64,000 nt of DNA from an uncultured Desulfobacterales bacterium (GTDB taxonomy: Bacteria > Desulfobacterota > DSM-4660 > Desulfatiglandales > HGW-15): the NCBI GenBank assembly GCA_964443135.1, contig CAYUBQ010000017.1, positions 726 to 64,725 on the forward strand, given 5' to 3'. Positions 1-8,707 of this stretch are shown piece after piece. The notes under the pieces were generated by a model, which searched no databases, was not told the origin of the DNA, and saw nothing but the letters and a program-made list of their open reading frames with translations. The translations under genes and the position numbers were made by a program. How positions within the stretch are numbered: the stretch's first letter is position 1; every line of letters begins with the position of its first letter.

Positions 1-136
1 CGCCTTCCTGCGTCTCCGATCGCCCCGGCCCATCCGGCGATCCGGGACCCGCTCACCGGCAAATGAGGCCGTCCGGCCCGACCCGTCCGCCAAACCGGCT
101 TCCAGCAAAGGGAGCGGTCACAAGAGGACCCGCACG

Positions 137-1747
137 ATGAACCGCACTGAAGACCCCGCGCATCCCCCCCGGGAGGAGACGTCCGCCCGATCGCAGGGCC
201 GGGTCAAGACCGTCCGCGATCGTCGATCCGGGCTGGAGCGTCGCAGCGGCCGGGATCGGCGTTCCGGATTCGACCGCCGTCGGCAGGAGGAGGCCCACCG
301 GAGTCCGGATCGGCGCACGGGTGTGGAAAGGCGCTCCGGGCGGGAACGCCGGGAAGAAGGCGATCGCCGGGGCCGGAGCGGGCTGCGGATTCCGATTTTC
401 ATCAAGATCGCCATCATGGCCACCACCCTGATCCTGGTGGAGATCGCCGCGATCGGCTTCGTGGTGCTCGAGAGGGAAAAGAGTCAGTACGTGGAGCAGC
501 TGATCGGCCTGGGAGAGAGCATGGTTCGGATCCTCACCACCAACGTCCCGGACAAGCTTCTGGGCGAGGAGGATTTGAGCCTTTACAGGCTCATGGAGGA
601 CATGGCCAGGGACGACCAGGTGGTCTTCGCCATGGTGACGGACGTGCACAAGGTCATCCGGGCCCACAGCGATCTCGAGCGGGTCGAACGGGTTTACACC
701 GCGCCGGCCGGCCTGACCTTTCTGCGCGCGTCGGAGGGCGTCATCCTGAGCACCTTCGAGCTCGGGGGGAAGGAGGTCCTGCTCTTCGAGTCGCCCCTGA
801 CCTACCAGGGTTTGGACGTGGGCCGCGTGCGCCTGGCCCTGTCCAAGGCGCAGATCCTCGAGAGCGTCCGGGAGGGCAGATCGTTTTTCCTCTACCTGGC
901 CGGGATCATGGTCGTGGTGGGGATCCTTCTGAGCCTGGCCATCAGCCTCTACTTCTCGCGCCCCATCAACAAGCTGCGGGAGAGCGTCCTCGCCGTGGGC
1001 AAGGGGGACTTCAGCCATCGGGTCGTGCTCGACCGGAAAGACGAGCTGGGCGAGCTGGGGGAGGCCATGAACCGGATGGCCGAGGGCCTGGCCCTGAAGG
1101 AGCACATCCAGGACTCCTTCGGGAAGTACGTGGCCCCGGAGATCGTGGAGATGATCCTGGCGCATCCGGAGCGACAGTGGATGCGGGGGGCACGGGTCAA
1201 TGCATCGATCCTGTTCGTCGACATCCGAGGGTTCACCACCCTGTCCGAGGACAAGGACCCCGCCTGGATCGTGGACATGCTCAACAACTACTTCACCCGG
1301 GTGACCGACACGGTCATCAGCCACGGCGGAAGCATCAACAAGTTTCTCGGGGACGAGGCCATGGCCATTTTCGGGGCGCCGATCGCCAACCGCCACCACG
1401 CAGACTCCGCGGTTCGTGCGGCCCTCGAGATCCAGAAGTCCGTCCGGCAGATCGGTGCCGAGCAGGGGCTCGGGCGGGCCGAGATCCGGGTGGGCGTGGG
1501 CGTGAACTCGGGAAACGTCGTGGCCGGCAACCTCGGTTCCGAAAAGCGGATGGAGTACACGGTCGTCGGCGACGACGTCAACGTGGCGTCCCGCTTGACG
1601 GCCATGGCCAAGCCCGGGGAAATCCTCATCAGCAAACAGACCTACGACCAGATGCGGAACAAAAACGGTCTTCGCGTGGAAGCCCGCGGCAGCGTGGCGG
1701 TCAAGGGACGCAGGATGCAGATCTCGGTGTACAACGTGGTCGCTTGA
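137..1747 (+). CDS. Membrane class III adenylate/guanylate cyclase with HAMP linker and Arg-rich repeat N-terminus
   Basis: 536-aa ORF. Two hydrophobic segments flank a ~170-aa putative sensor region. HAMP-like SRPINKLRESVLAVGKGDFSHRV..ELGELGEAMNRM. Cyclase core ILFVDIRGFTTLSE, KFLGDEAMAIFGAP, EYTVVGDDVNVASRL. Confidence 0.85.
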   Translation: MNRTEDPAHPPREETSARSQGRVKTVRDRRSGLERRSGRDRRSGFDRRRQEEAHRSPDRRTGVERRSGRERREEGDRRGRSGLRIPIFIKIAIMATTLILVEIAAIGFVVLEREKSQYVEQLIGLGESMVRILTTNVPDKLLGEEDLSLYRLMEDMARDDQVVFAMVTDVHKVIRAHSDLERVERVYTAPAGLTFLRASEGVILSTFELGGKEVLLFESPLTYQGLDVGRVRLALSKAQILESVREGRSFFLYLAGIMVVVGILLSLAISLYFSRPINKLRESVLAVGKGDFSHRVVLDRKDELGELGEAMNRMAEGLALKEHIQDSFGKYVAPEIVEMILAHPERQWMRGARVNASILFVDIRGFTTLSEDKDPAWIVDMLNNYFTRVTDTVISHGGSINKFLGDEAMAIFGAPIANRHHADSAVRAALEIQKSVRQIGAEQGLGRAEIRVGVGVNSGNVVAGNLGSEKRMEYTVVGDDVNVASRLTAMAKPGEILISKQTYDQMRNKNGLRVEARGSVAVKGRRMQISVYNVVA

Positions 1748-1825
1748 CAGGCCCGTTTTTTGCACTCATCTGGCGGAAAAGAGCCGGCCGAACCCGCGAT
1801 TCGGCCGGCTCATGGAAGGAGACCG

Positions 1826-2878
1826 ATGAAACGCCCCCCGATAGCGGTCCCTCGTGAGTGGAGCAGGATGCTGGCGTTCTGCCTGTTCCTGTTCCCTCTC
1901 ACGCTGTTTTCCTGTGCATCGCTCGCACCGAAGCAGGAACGAGAGTCCCCTCGCGCCGAACCCGCGGTGGAGCGCAGGATCTTCAGCTCGGACCGCTACC
2001 TGGTGTGTGTCCCGGGCGAAGAGACCACGGCCGAAGCGCTGGCTGCGGAGCACCTGGACGACCCCGGGGAGGCCTGGCTCGTCGAGGAGGCCAACGACGG
2101 GGCGTCCTTCGCCGCGAGCGACGCGATCGTGATTCCCCTTCGCGAAGAGAACCCCGGAGGGTTGACCGAGGACGGGTACCAGACCGTGCCGATCCTCTGT
2201 TATCACCGCTTCGGCAGGAAAAACAACGGCCCCTTGTGCGTCTCAGAGGAGACGTTCGCACGCCAGATGGCCTTCCTGGCGGAGAACGGCTACCATGCGA
2301 TCGGGATCGAGGAGCTCCTGGGCTTTCTGAACTACCGGCGGAGCCTGCCGGAGAAATCCGTTTTGATCACCATTGACGACGGTTACCGCTCGGCCTACGA
2401 GATCGCATATCCCATTCTTCGGAGGCACGGTTACACCGCCGCCCTGTTCGTGTACACCGACTTCATCGGGTCGAGCGTCAAGTCTCTGACATGGGAGCAG
2501 CTGGAGGAAATGAAGGCCGCGGGATTCGATGTGGGCTCCCACACCCTGACCCACTGCGACCTCTCGGAGAAGAGGGCGGGAGAGGACGACAGGTCCTACC
2601 GCGAGCGCGTGAGGCGGGAGCTTCTGGTGTCCAAGCGGATTCTCGACGAACGGCTGAACCAGGACACCATCGCCCTGGCCTACCCCTATGGGAACGCGTC
2701 CCCGGAGATCCTTCCGCTCTGCCACAGCCTGGGCTACCGTCTGGGTGTGACCGTCCGGCCGGGCGCCAACCCCTTTTTCGCCGATCCCCTGGCCTTGCGC
2801 CGCGAGCAGATCGTGGGGGACCAGGGTCACGACTTCCGAGATCGGCTGAAGCATTTCGAACCCGCTTCGCTTCAGTAG
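1826..2878 (+). CDS. Polysaccharide deacetylase family lipoprotein (NodB homology, PgaB-like)
   Basis: ATG at 1826 is preceded by GGAAGGAG. Lipobox LTLFSC. NodB-type motifs VLITIDDGYRSAYE and GSHTLTHCDL. Confidence 0.8.
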   Translation: MKRPPIAVPREWSRMLAFCLFLFPLTLFSCASLAPKQERESPRAEPAVERRIFSSDRYLVCVPGEETTAEALAAEHLDDPGEAWLVEEANDGASFAASDAIVIPLREENPGGLTEDGYQTVPILCYHRFGRKNNGPLCVSEETFARQMAFLAENGYHAIGIEELLGFLNYRRSLPEKSVLITIDDGYRSAYEIAYPILRRHGYTAALFVYTDFIGSSVKSLTWEQLEEMKAAGFDVGSHTLTHCDLSEKRAGEDDRSYRERVRRELLVSKRILDERLNQDTIALAYPYGNASPEILPLCHSLGYRLGVTVRPGANPFFADPLALRREQIVGDQGHDFRDRLKHFEPASLQ

Positions 2879-2885
2879 GGGATCC

Positions 2886-4103
2886 ATGAGAAGAAGCATC
2901 CTCATCGCAGCTCTCGCCCTCTTCCTGGGGCTCACCTGGTCGGGCTGTGTGACGCCGGGCGGGGAACCGGCGGCATCCGTGTCGGCCGTGAGCTCCGAGG
3001 GAGGGATCGCCGGGGAGTTTCTCTCCCGGGCGCGCGACCTGGAGAACCGGGGATTTCCGGTGCGCGCCCTGCGCCGGTACCGGATCGCTCTTACCGTCGA
3101 CCCGGAGAACCCGGAGGCCCTCGAGGCGGCCGGCCGGCTGGAGTCCCGCCTGGACGCGCGGGCCGACGAGCACTGCCGGGTCGGCCTGGCGTTTCACAAG
3201 GAGGGAAAGTACGCGCAGGCCCGGCACGAGTTCCTCACGGCGCTCCGGCTCGACCCGGATCACCCGACAGCCGCCGGGATGCTCGTCTCGCGGGAGCGGG
3301 TGCGGAGCACGCGTTACATCGTTCATCGGGTGGTTCCCGGGGAAAGCCTGTCCGCCCTGGCACAGCGCTACTACGGGGACTACCGCATGTTTCCGGAGAT
3401 CGCACGGTACAACCAGTTGAGGGATGCGACCCGGTTGACGGTGGGGCAGGAGCTCCGGATCCCGGAGATCGAAGGGGCCCCGTTTCTCACGGGCGAGGTC
3501 CCGGTGGAGACCGAGGAGAAGGCCCCGCCCGAGTACGGTCTCTGGGAGTGGGGAGCGTACGAGGCCGCGGCCGGCCGTGAGGCGGACGAGGTCGCCGGGG
3601 AGGCGGAGGAATCGGCCCGCATCACGTCCTGCCTGGCGCACGGGATCGCCCTGTTCGATCGCAGGAAGTACCGGCAGGCCGTCGTGGAGCTCGAACGGGT
3701 CCTCCATGCGAGGCCGGGCGACGAGACCGCCCGGGACTATGCGTCCAAGGCCCACTTCCGGCTGGCCGAGGATCTGTTCGAGAAACAACAGTTCCTCGCT
3801 GCACGCGAAGGATTCATGGAAGCGCTGCGCATCCGGGGGGACTGTGCCGAGTGCCACCGGTATGCCGAGAAGAGCGAGGATCTCTACAAGGAGTCCCACT
3901 ACCGCAGGGGCATGCAGTACTACAACCAGGAAAGGCTCAGAGAGGCCATGGGGGAGTGGGAGCGTGTCCGGGCCCTCGACCCGGGCTACAAGCGGGTGGA
4001 TTACCTCATTGAAAGGTCGAGGAAAATCCTTTCGAACCTCGAGGCCTTGAAAAGACACCAGGGAAAAAGCCCTGAGGAGGACGGCGGAAGCCGTCCCGAT
4101 TGA
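2886..4103 (+). CDS. TPR-repeat / LysM-domain lipoprotein
   Basis: Signal peptide plus lipobox LTWSGC. LysM-like YIVHRVVPGESLSALAQRYYGDYRMFPEIARYNQLRDATRLTVGQELRIP. TPR-like helical repeats. The stop codon TGA (4101-4103) lies inside repeat copy A. Confidence 0.8.
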   Translation: MRRSILIAALALFLGLTWSGCVTPGGEPAASVSAVSSEGGIAGEFLSRARDLENRGFPVRALRRYRIALTVDPENPEALEAAGRLESRLDARADEHCRVGLAFHKEGKYAQARHEFLTALRLDPDHPTAAGMLVSRERVRSTRYIVHRVVPGESLSALAQRYYGDYRMFPEIARYNQLRDATRLTVGQELRIPEIEGAPFLTGEVPVETEEKAPPEYGLWEWGAYEAAAGREADEVAGEAEESARITSCLAHGIALFDRRKYRQAVVELERVLHARPGDETARDYASKAHFRLAEDLFEKQQFLAAREGFMEALRIRGDCAECHRYAEKSEDLYKESHYRRGMQYYNQERLREAMGEWERVRALDPGYKRVDYLIERSRKILSNLEALKRHQGKSPEEDGGSRPD

Positions 4104-4201
4104 CGCATTCGCAGAAACCGCTCACGCGCCGCTGGAAGCGCTGGTACCCGTTGAAAACCCACGGGCAGATCTCGAGGCTTCGGGTTTTTTGCGACGTCAT
4201 C
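4098..4201 (+). repeat. Structured interspersed element, copy A (full length)
   Basis: GATTGACGCATTCGCAGAAACCGCTCACGCGCCGCTGG..GGGCAGATCTCGAGGCTTCGGGTTTTTTGCGACGTCATC. Imperfect terminal inverted repeat. Flanked by CCCGAT at 4095-4100 and 4201-4206. Confidence 0.85.
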
Positions 4202-4206
4202 CCGAT

Positions 4207-4887
4207 TCAGCGGCCTCGCAGCAGGACGTACACCGCCCCCGCTCCCCCGTCGTAGGGTCGGGCGGTGGCGAAGGCCAGGACGATCTTGCGCACGGAGCCG
4301 CTGCTGAACCAGACGGGAAGCTGCTCCTTCAGCACCGGAAAGCTCGAAGGCGAGTTCAGCCCCCGACCGTGGATGACGAGCACGCATCGCAGGCCGAGCC
4401 GGTGGCTTTCCCGAAGGAACTCCCGCACCCGGAGCCGGGCCTCGCTCTTCGTGAGCCCGTGAAGATCCACGTGGTCCTGGATCGGAAACCTCCCCTGCTT
4501 CAAGCGCCTCATCACCTTTCTTCCGACGCCCTTCACCGAGCCCTCCATGTACTCGTCCGTGAAGCTGATGTCCATCTCCACGGACCCGTGGACCAGCCGG
4601 CTGAGGTGCTCCAGGACCTCGCGGTCCTCGTCCGGGGCCGGGTGCGCCGGCCGGGGCGAGGCGGACGGGGATCTCGGTTTCCTCTTCCGCCCTCCGCGGA
4701 GGGGTTTCACGTCGGCCACGGCCTCGAGGAACGTTCTCGTCTGCTCCGAGACCGGGTCCGATTCCGGCGTCGATTCCGGCGCATCTCCGGCCGGGGCCGG
4801 TGACGGTTCTTCCGGGGGCGGTTCGACCTTCAGGTCCCGTCCCTCGAGCACGGGATTGAACACGTTCCTGCCTCTGGACTTTTTCAT
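4207..4887 (-). CDS. Smr (MutS2 C-terminal-like) domain protein
   Basis: C-terminal Smr signature VDLHGLTKSEA..CVLVIHGRGLNS. Start chosen at MKKSRGRN (4887); the longer ORF to 5028 would overlap the divergent gene's start. Confidence 0.75.
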   Translation of the reverse strand: MKKSRGRNVFNPVLEGRDLKVEPPPEEPSPAPAGDAPESTPESDPVSEQTRTFLEAVADVKPLRGGRKRKPRSPSASPRPAHPAPDEDREVLEHLSRLVHGSVEMDISFTDEYMEGSVKGVGRKVMRRLKQGRFPIQDHVDLHGLTKSEARLRVREFLRESHRLGLRCVLVIHGRGLNSPSSFPVLKEQLPVWFSSGSVRKIVLAFATARPYDGGAGAVYVLLRGR

Positions 4888-5026
4888 GAGCTCCCCCGGC
4901 CGGCGGTTCGGGTCCGATTGCACGGCCGGTGTCCGCCTTCCCTTGATTCGACCCTGTATTTCCATTATAACAGTCCCATTTCCGTGTGTGAACCCGGAGA
5001 ACCCCCAACAGAAGCGAGGAATCATC

Positions 5027-5674
5027 ATGGCGCGAGAGGACGACTACCGGAACGCCGCGGCCATCGCAAGGTCCGACCTGGCTGAAAAGGACCCGGTCCT
5101 CCTGGCGGAGCGGTGCGGGGCCGAGATCGTGGAGGAAGGGAGCGGGGCGAGGCTCGAGCTGGGGTTTCTGGGAAGACGAGTCCAGGCGGCCTGGCCCGGT
5201 GTGGTTCTTTCCCGCCCGGATTCGGACGAGGAGGTCCCGATCCAGCAGCAGGTGCTGATCCTACACTATCTCCAGGGAGCCTGGAGGTCGAGCGGGCCCC
5301 CGGTCGCCGGGGACTGGGTGGCCTTTCAGGACGTCCCTGACGGGAAGTTCTACCAGGATGCCTTCCAGAGACGGGCCAAGCTTCCACTCCTGAAGGCGTT
5401 CGGGGAGCGTCCGGAGCTCCTGGCCGACCTGGCCCGGACCGCTTACGGCGCCGAGCGGATCGATCTGGGGGACGTGGCGGTCGCCGTGGAGGCCCTGCCC
5501 AGGATTCGCGTGGCCCTGGTGGTCTGGGCCGGGGACGAGGAGTTCCCTCCGGACGGCAACATCCTGTTCGACCGCAACATCGCTTCCTACTTCTCCGCCG
5601 AGGACATCGCCTGGCTCGCCGGAATGATCGTCTACCCCCTGATGGGGATGGCGGCGGCCTCCGCAAAGGAATGA
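5027..5674 (+). CDS. DUF3786-like protein
   Basis: ATG at 5027 within ORF 4547..5674. The sequence MAREDDYRNAAAIARSDL..FQDVPDGKFYQDAFQRR..WAGDEEFPPDGNILFD resembles the DUF3786 family as I recall it. Confidence 0.6.
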   Translation: MAREDDYRNAAAIARSDLAEKDPVLLAERCGAEIVEEGSGARLELGFLGRRVQAAWPGVVLSRPDSDEEVPIQQQVLILHYLQGAWRSSGPPVAGDWVAFQDVPDGKFYQDAFQRRAKLPLLKAFGERPELLADLARTAYGAERIDLGDVAVAVEALPRIRVALVVWAGDEEFPPDGNILFDRNIASYFSAEDIAWLAGMIVYPLMGMAAASAKE

Positions 5675-5732
5675 ACGGGGCCGGCCCCGGTCCGGCCCGC
5701 GGCCCGAACCCCCGAACGACGAGGAGACGAAC

Positions 5733-6236
5733 ATGACCGAGGAGAAGAAGCCGCTGGTGTGCGTGGCCATGGGATCCGCTTCGGATGCCGATGTGATGGG
5801 CGGGTGCACGGATACCCTGAAGGAGCTGGCCATCCCCTACGAGGTCCGGGTGATCAGCGCCCACCGGACGCCCGACCGGGCCCGCGAGGTGGCCGAGGGG
5901 GCCGCCGGCCGGGGGATCGAGGTCGTCGTGGCCGGCGCCGGCTGGGCGGCCCATCTGGCCGGTGTGATCGCCGCCCACACGCCGCTCCCCGTGATCGGCG
6001 TGCCCATCGACTCGTCGCCCCTCCAGGGGCTCGACGCGCTGCTGGCCACCGTCCAGATGCCGCCCGGCGTCCCTGTGGCCACCATGGCCCTGGGAAAAGG
6101 CGGGGCCAAGAACGCGGCGGTCATGGCCGCCCGGATCCTGGCCCTCAACCACCCCGACGTCCGGTCCCGGTTGGACGCCTATCGGGAGGAGATGACCCGC
6201 AAGGTGCTCGAGGCGGCCGAAGGACTGGAGTCCTAG
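5733..6236 (+). CDS. purE: N5-carboxyaminoimidazole ribonucleotide mutase
   Basis: 167 aa. VAMGSASDADVM, VISAHRTPDR, AGAGWAAHLAGVIAAHTPLPVIGVP and VATMALG are typical PurE motifs. Confidence 0.95.
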   Translation: MTEEKKPLVCVAMGSASDADVMGGCTDTLKELAIPYEVRVISAHRTPDRAREVAEGAAGRGIEVVVAGAGWAAHLAGVIAAHTPLPVIGVPIDSSPLQGLDALLATVQMPPGVPVATMALGKGGAKNAAVMAARILALNHPDVRSRLDAYREEMTRKVLEAAEGLES

Positions 6237-6281
6237 CGCGGTCGTGGCTCGGGGCAGGCGGGGACGGGAAGGTTGCGCGTC

Positions 6282-6929
6282 ATGGGAACGATGCTCTCCC
6301 TGGAGACCCGCGAGGAACGGGAAGCGGGACTGGCGGAGGCCTGCGAGGTCCTGAGACGGGGCGGTCTGGTGGCCTTTCCGACGGAAACCTTTTACGGCCT
6401 GGCCGCGGATCCCCGGCAGGACCACGCCCTGATGCGTCTTTTCGCCGTGAAGCGCAGGAGCCCGGAGCTTCCCCTCCTCCTCCTCCTTCCTTCGAGAGAG
6501 CGCGTCGACGGGTACGCCGCTCGGACACCGGCTTCGGCCCAACGGCTCATGGACCGGTTCTGGCCCGGGGGGCTCACCCTGGTCTTCGAGGCCCTCCCTT
6601 CGCTGAGCCCGCTGCTCACCGCGGGGACCGGAACCATCGGGCTCCGCCTCTCCAGCCGGCCCCTGGCCGTGGACCTGGCCCGGCGGTTCGGGTCCGCGGT
6701 CACCGGAACGAGCGCCAACCCCTCGGGCCTCCCCCCCGCCTGCACCGCGAGGGAGGTCGCCGCCTTCCTGTCGTGTGAACCGGCGCTGATCCTGGACGGG
6801 GGAGCCACACCGGGAGGGCCGGGCTCCACGGTCCTGGACGTCACCGTCGATCCGCCGCGGATCCTCCGGGAGGGGCAGGTCTCCAGGGACGCCCTGGCCG
6901 CCTGCCTCTCCCCGGTGGTTCCGTCCTGA
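6282..6929 (+). CDS. tsaC: L-threonylcarbamoyladenylate synthase (YrdC/Sua5 family)
   Basis: VAFPTETFYGLAADP, WPGGLTLV, GTSANPSG motifs. ATG at 6282 follows GGGAAGG. Confidence 0.85.
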   Translation: MGTMLSLETREEREAGLAEACEVLRRGGLVAFPTETFYGLAADPRQDHALMRLFAVKRRSPELPLLLLLPSRERVDGYAARTPASAQRLMDRFWPGGLTLVFEALPSLSPLLTAGTGTIGLRLSSRPLAVDLARRFGSAVTGTSANPSGLPPACTAREVAAFLSCEPALILDGGATPGGPGSTVLDVTVDPPRILREGQVSRDALAACLSPVVPS

Positions 6930-7193
6930 GCGTCACCTCCGTCAATCAGAGCCCCCTCCACTCCCTGAACGGCTCTTCGAGCAGGCCGAAGCGCAGCATG
7001 CCCTGAAATCCGGGAATCTGATCGGAGAGGCCCGCATCAGGTTTGCGACAAGCGCGGCGGGGTGCAAAACCCCGCCCTGCGAAAACACCGGTTTTCATCA
7101 GCGGGGGGGTGACCGGACGCCGGTCATGGACGTTTGGAGATTGATTCCTGTGGTGAAAAGAGGTAATGAGGGCTTGGTTCGGAAAACAGAGGA

Positions 7194-7297
7194 GATGGAG
7201 TCGAAAAAGCCACAAGCCTCGAGATCTGCCCCGGAACCGTCCGAGGGCGACACCGTTTCCAGCGGCGGGTGAGCGGGTCTTTGCGAATCCGTCAGAG
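7194..7297 (-). repeat. Structured interspersed element, copy B (full length)
   Basis: Minus-strand reading CTCTGACGGATTCGCAAAGACCCGCTCACCCGCCGCTGGAAACGG..GGGGCAGATCTCGAGGCTTGTGGCTTTTTCGACTCCATC. Flanked by GAGGAG at 7189-7194 and 7295-7300. Confidence 0.85.
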
Positions 7298-7311
7298 GAG
7301 GGATGCGCGTG

Positions 7312-7551
7312 ATGAACATTCGCTGGTCCGAGGTCATGGTCGTCTTGATGGTGGCCGCCTGCCTGGGGCTCTTCGCCCCGGCATGCTCCCCCCCGGCCCC
7401 GCCGCCCGGGGTGGAATCCGGCTCTTCGGCCGGGACCTCCGAGGAGGAGGCCCCGCTGAACCGGCCCGGTTCCGCCATGGAGCCACAGGCCGACCGGGGT
7501 GAGCCGGCGCCGGCACCACCAGAGGGGGTCCCCGACGCCCACCACAACTGA
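7312..7551 (+). CDS. Small Pro-rich putative lipoprotein
   Basis: GGAGGG RBS. Signal-like MNIRWSEVMVVLMVAACLGLFAPAC. G/C-biased third codon positions. No family recognised. Confidence 0.4.
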   Translation: MNIRWSEVMVVLMVAACLGLFAPACSPPAPPPGVESGSSAGTSEEEAPLNRPGSAMEPQADRGEPAPAPPEGVPDAHHN

Positions 7552-7709
7552 GGCCTGTCCCTGACCATCGGTTCGGAATGTGAGGAGTGACCCGCTCGAG
7601 CCTCCCCTTCCGCCGATTTCGTCCCCCCGGAGGGGGGACCGGCCGCATTCCCCTGCACCGCCCGCTTTCCGGCGTCCGGTAGGCTGCTGTTCGGCCGGCC
7701 GGGGCCGTC

Positions 7710-7883
7710 TTACTTCTTCTGCCCCTGGCGCACCCACTCCCGCAAGGCTTCCCGCTCGAAACGCCACTTGTTCAGGACCATCTTCGCCGGGATTTTTCCG
7801 GCCTTGGCCAGCTTGTACACGGACCGCTTCCCCAGACGCAGAAACTCTGCGGCCTCTTCAATGGTCAAAATGTCCTTTTCCAT
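7710..7883 (-). CDS. Excisionase/AlpA-type helix-turn-helix DNA-binding protein
   Basis: MEKDILTIEEAAEFLRLGKRSVYKLAKAGKIPAKMVLNKWRFEREALREWV. AGGAG RBS upstream of the ATG at 7883. Confidence 0.75.
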   Translation of the reverse strand: MEKDILTIEEAAEFLRLGKRSVYKLAKAGKIPAKMVLNKWRFEREALREWVRQGQKK

Positions 7884-7954
7884 CTCTTTTCTCCTTTGTA
7901 ACGGATAAGTTTGATGTCCAAACATCTACAAATATCGTGCCAAAAAAGGCGAAT

Positions 7955-8235
7955 GCAGAATCTCTCCGGCCTTGGCCAGCTTGTGCCCATCCATATACGA
8001 ACGTCGGGCATGGTTGCGTTTCCAATTCAGAAAGGAGGAATTTTTGTCAAGATCAAGGAGATCGAGAGGTGACGCGGAGGCGTACTGGAGTACGCCGCAC
8101 AAGGAACCTCGCCGATCGACGATGGGATTGGCAAAAAAGACCCTTTCTGGATGGAAACCAGCTTGTACACGGATCGCTGTCCCAGCTGAGGAGCTCCGCG
8201 GCCTCCTCGATGGTCAGGATCTCCTTGTCTGCCAT
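7955..8235 (-). pseudogene. Degraded tandem copy of the HTH gene
   Basis: The 5' part (8235-8158) reads MADKEILTIEEAAELLS and then loses 1 nt relative to the intact copy. It is interrupted by 173 bp. Only ~30 nt (7984-7955) of the downstream part remain. Confidence 0.6.
7985..8157. mobile_element. 173-bp insertion inside the HTH pseudogene, flanked by a 9-bp direct repeat
   Basis: CCAGCTTGT occurs at 7976-7984 and 8158-8166, and the intact paralog has one copy at the equivalent site. Short inverted termini (CCATCCA). Internal hairpin GGCGTACTGGAGTACGCC. Confidence 0.4.
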
Positions 8236-8255
8236 GACGCGAACCCCCCAAACTT

Positions 8256-8360
8256 GACGGCGTCGCAAAAAGCCCGAATCCTCCAGATCTGCCCCTGGGA
8301 TCTCAACGGGTGATATCGTCCCCAGCGGCGGATGAGCGGGCTTTTGCGAACCCGTCGATC
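8256..8360 (-). repeat. Structured interspersed element, copy C (full length)
   Basis: Minus-strand reading GATCGACGGGTTCGCAAAAGCCCGCTCATCCGCCGCTGGGGACGATATCACCCGTTGAGATCCCAGGGGCAGATCTGGAGGATTCGGGCTTTTTGCGACGCCGTC. Confidence 0.85.
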
Positions 8361-8707
8361 ACCCGAACGAGAACGTCGGGTGTGAACGGCTTCTCGAGAT
8401 AGTCCGACACACCGGCCCACTCGGCCTCCTCCCGGAGCCCTTCGTTCCCGTATCCCGTGATCAGCACGGTGCTCAACTCCGGCAGAAGGGCCTTGGCCTC
8501 CCGAATCAGCTGCAGGCCGTCCATCCGGGGCATCCGGAAGTCGGAGATCAGAAGACGAACGGGGTCGTTTCGGGCCACCGATTCACGGATGATTTCCATG
8601 GCGCCGCCGCCGCTCCCGGCGGCCACGATCTGGAACCCGTAACTGTGGAGTCCGATTCTCAGGGCATTGAGGGTGCCCGGATCGTCGTCCACCAGGAGGA
8701 TCTTCAT
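8303..8707 (-). CDS. Single-domain response regulator (REC)
   Basis: MKILLVDDDPGTL..LLISDFRMPRMDG..LITGYG..YLEKPF. The last ~18 codons (IDGFAKARSSAAGDDITR) and the stop codon are encoded by repeat copy C. Confidence 0.85.
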   Translation of the reverse strand: MKILLVDDDPGTLNALRIGLHSYGFQIVAAGSGGGAMEIIRESVARNDPVRLLISDFRMPRMDGLQLIREAKALLPELSTVLITGYGNEGLREEAEWAGVSDYLEKPFTPDVLVRVIDGFAKARSSAAGDDITR

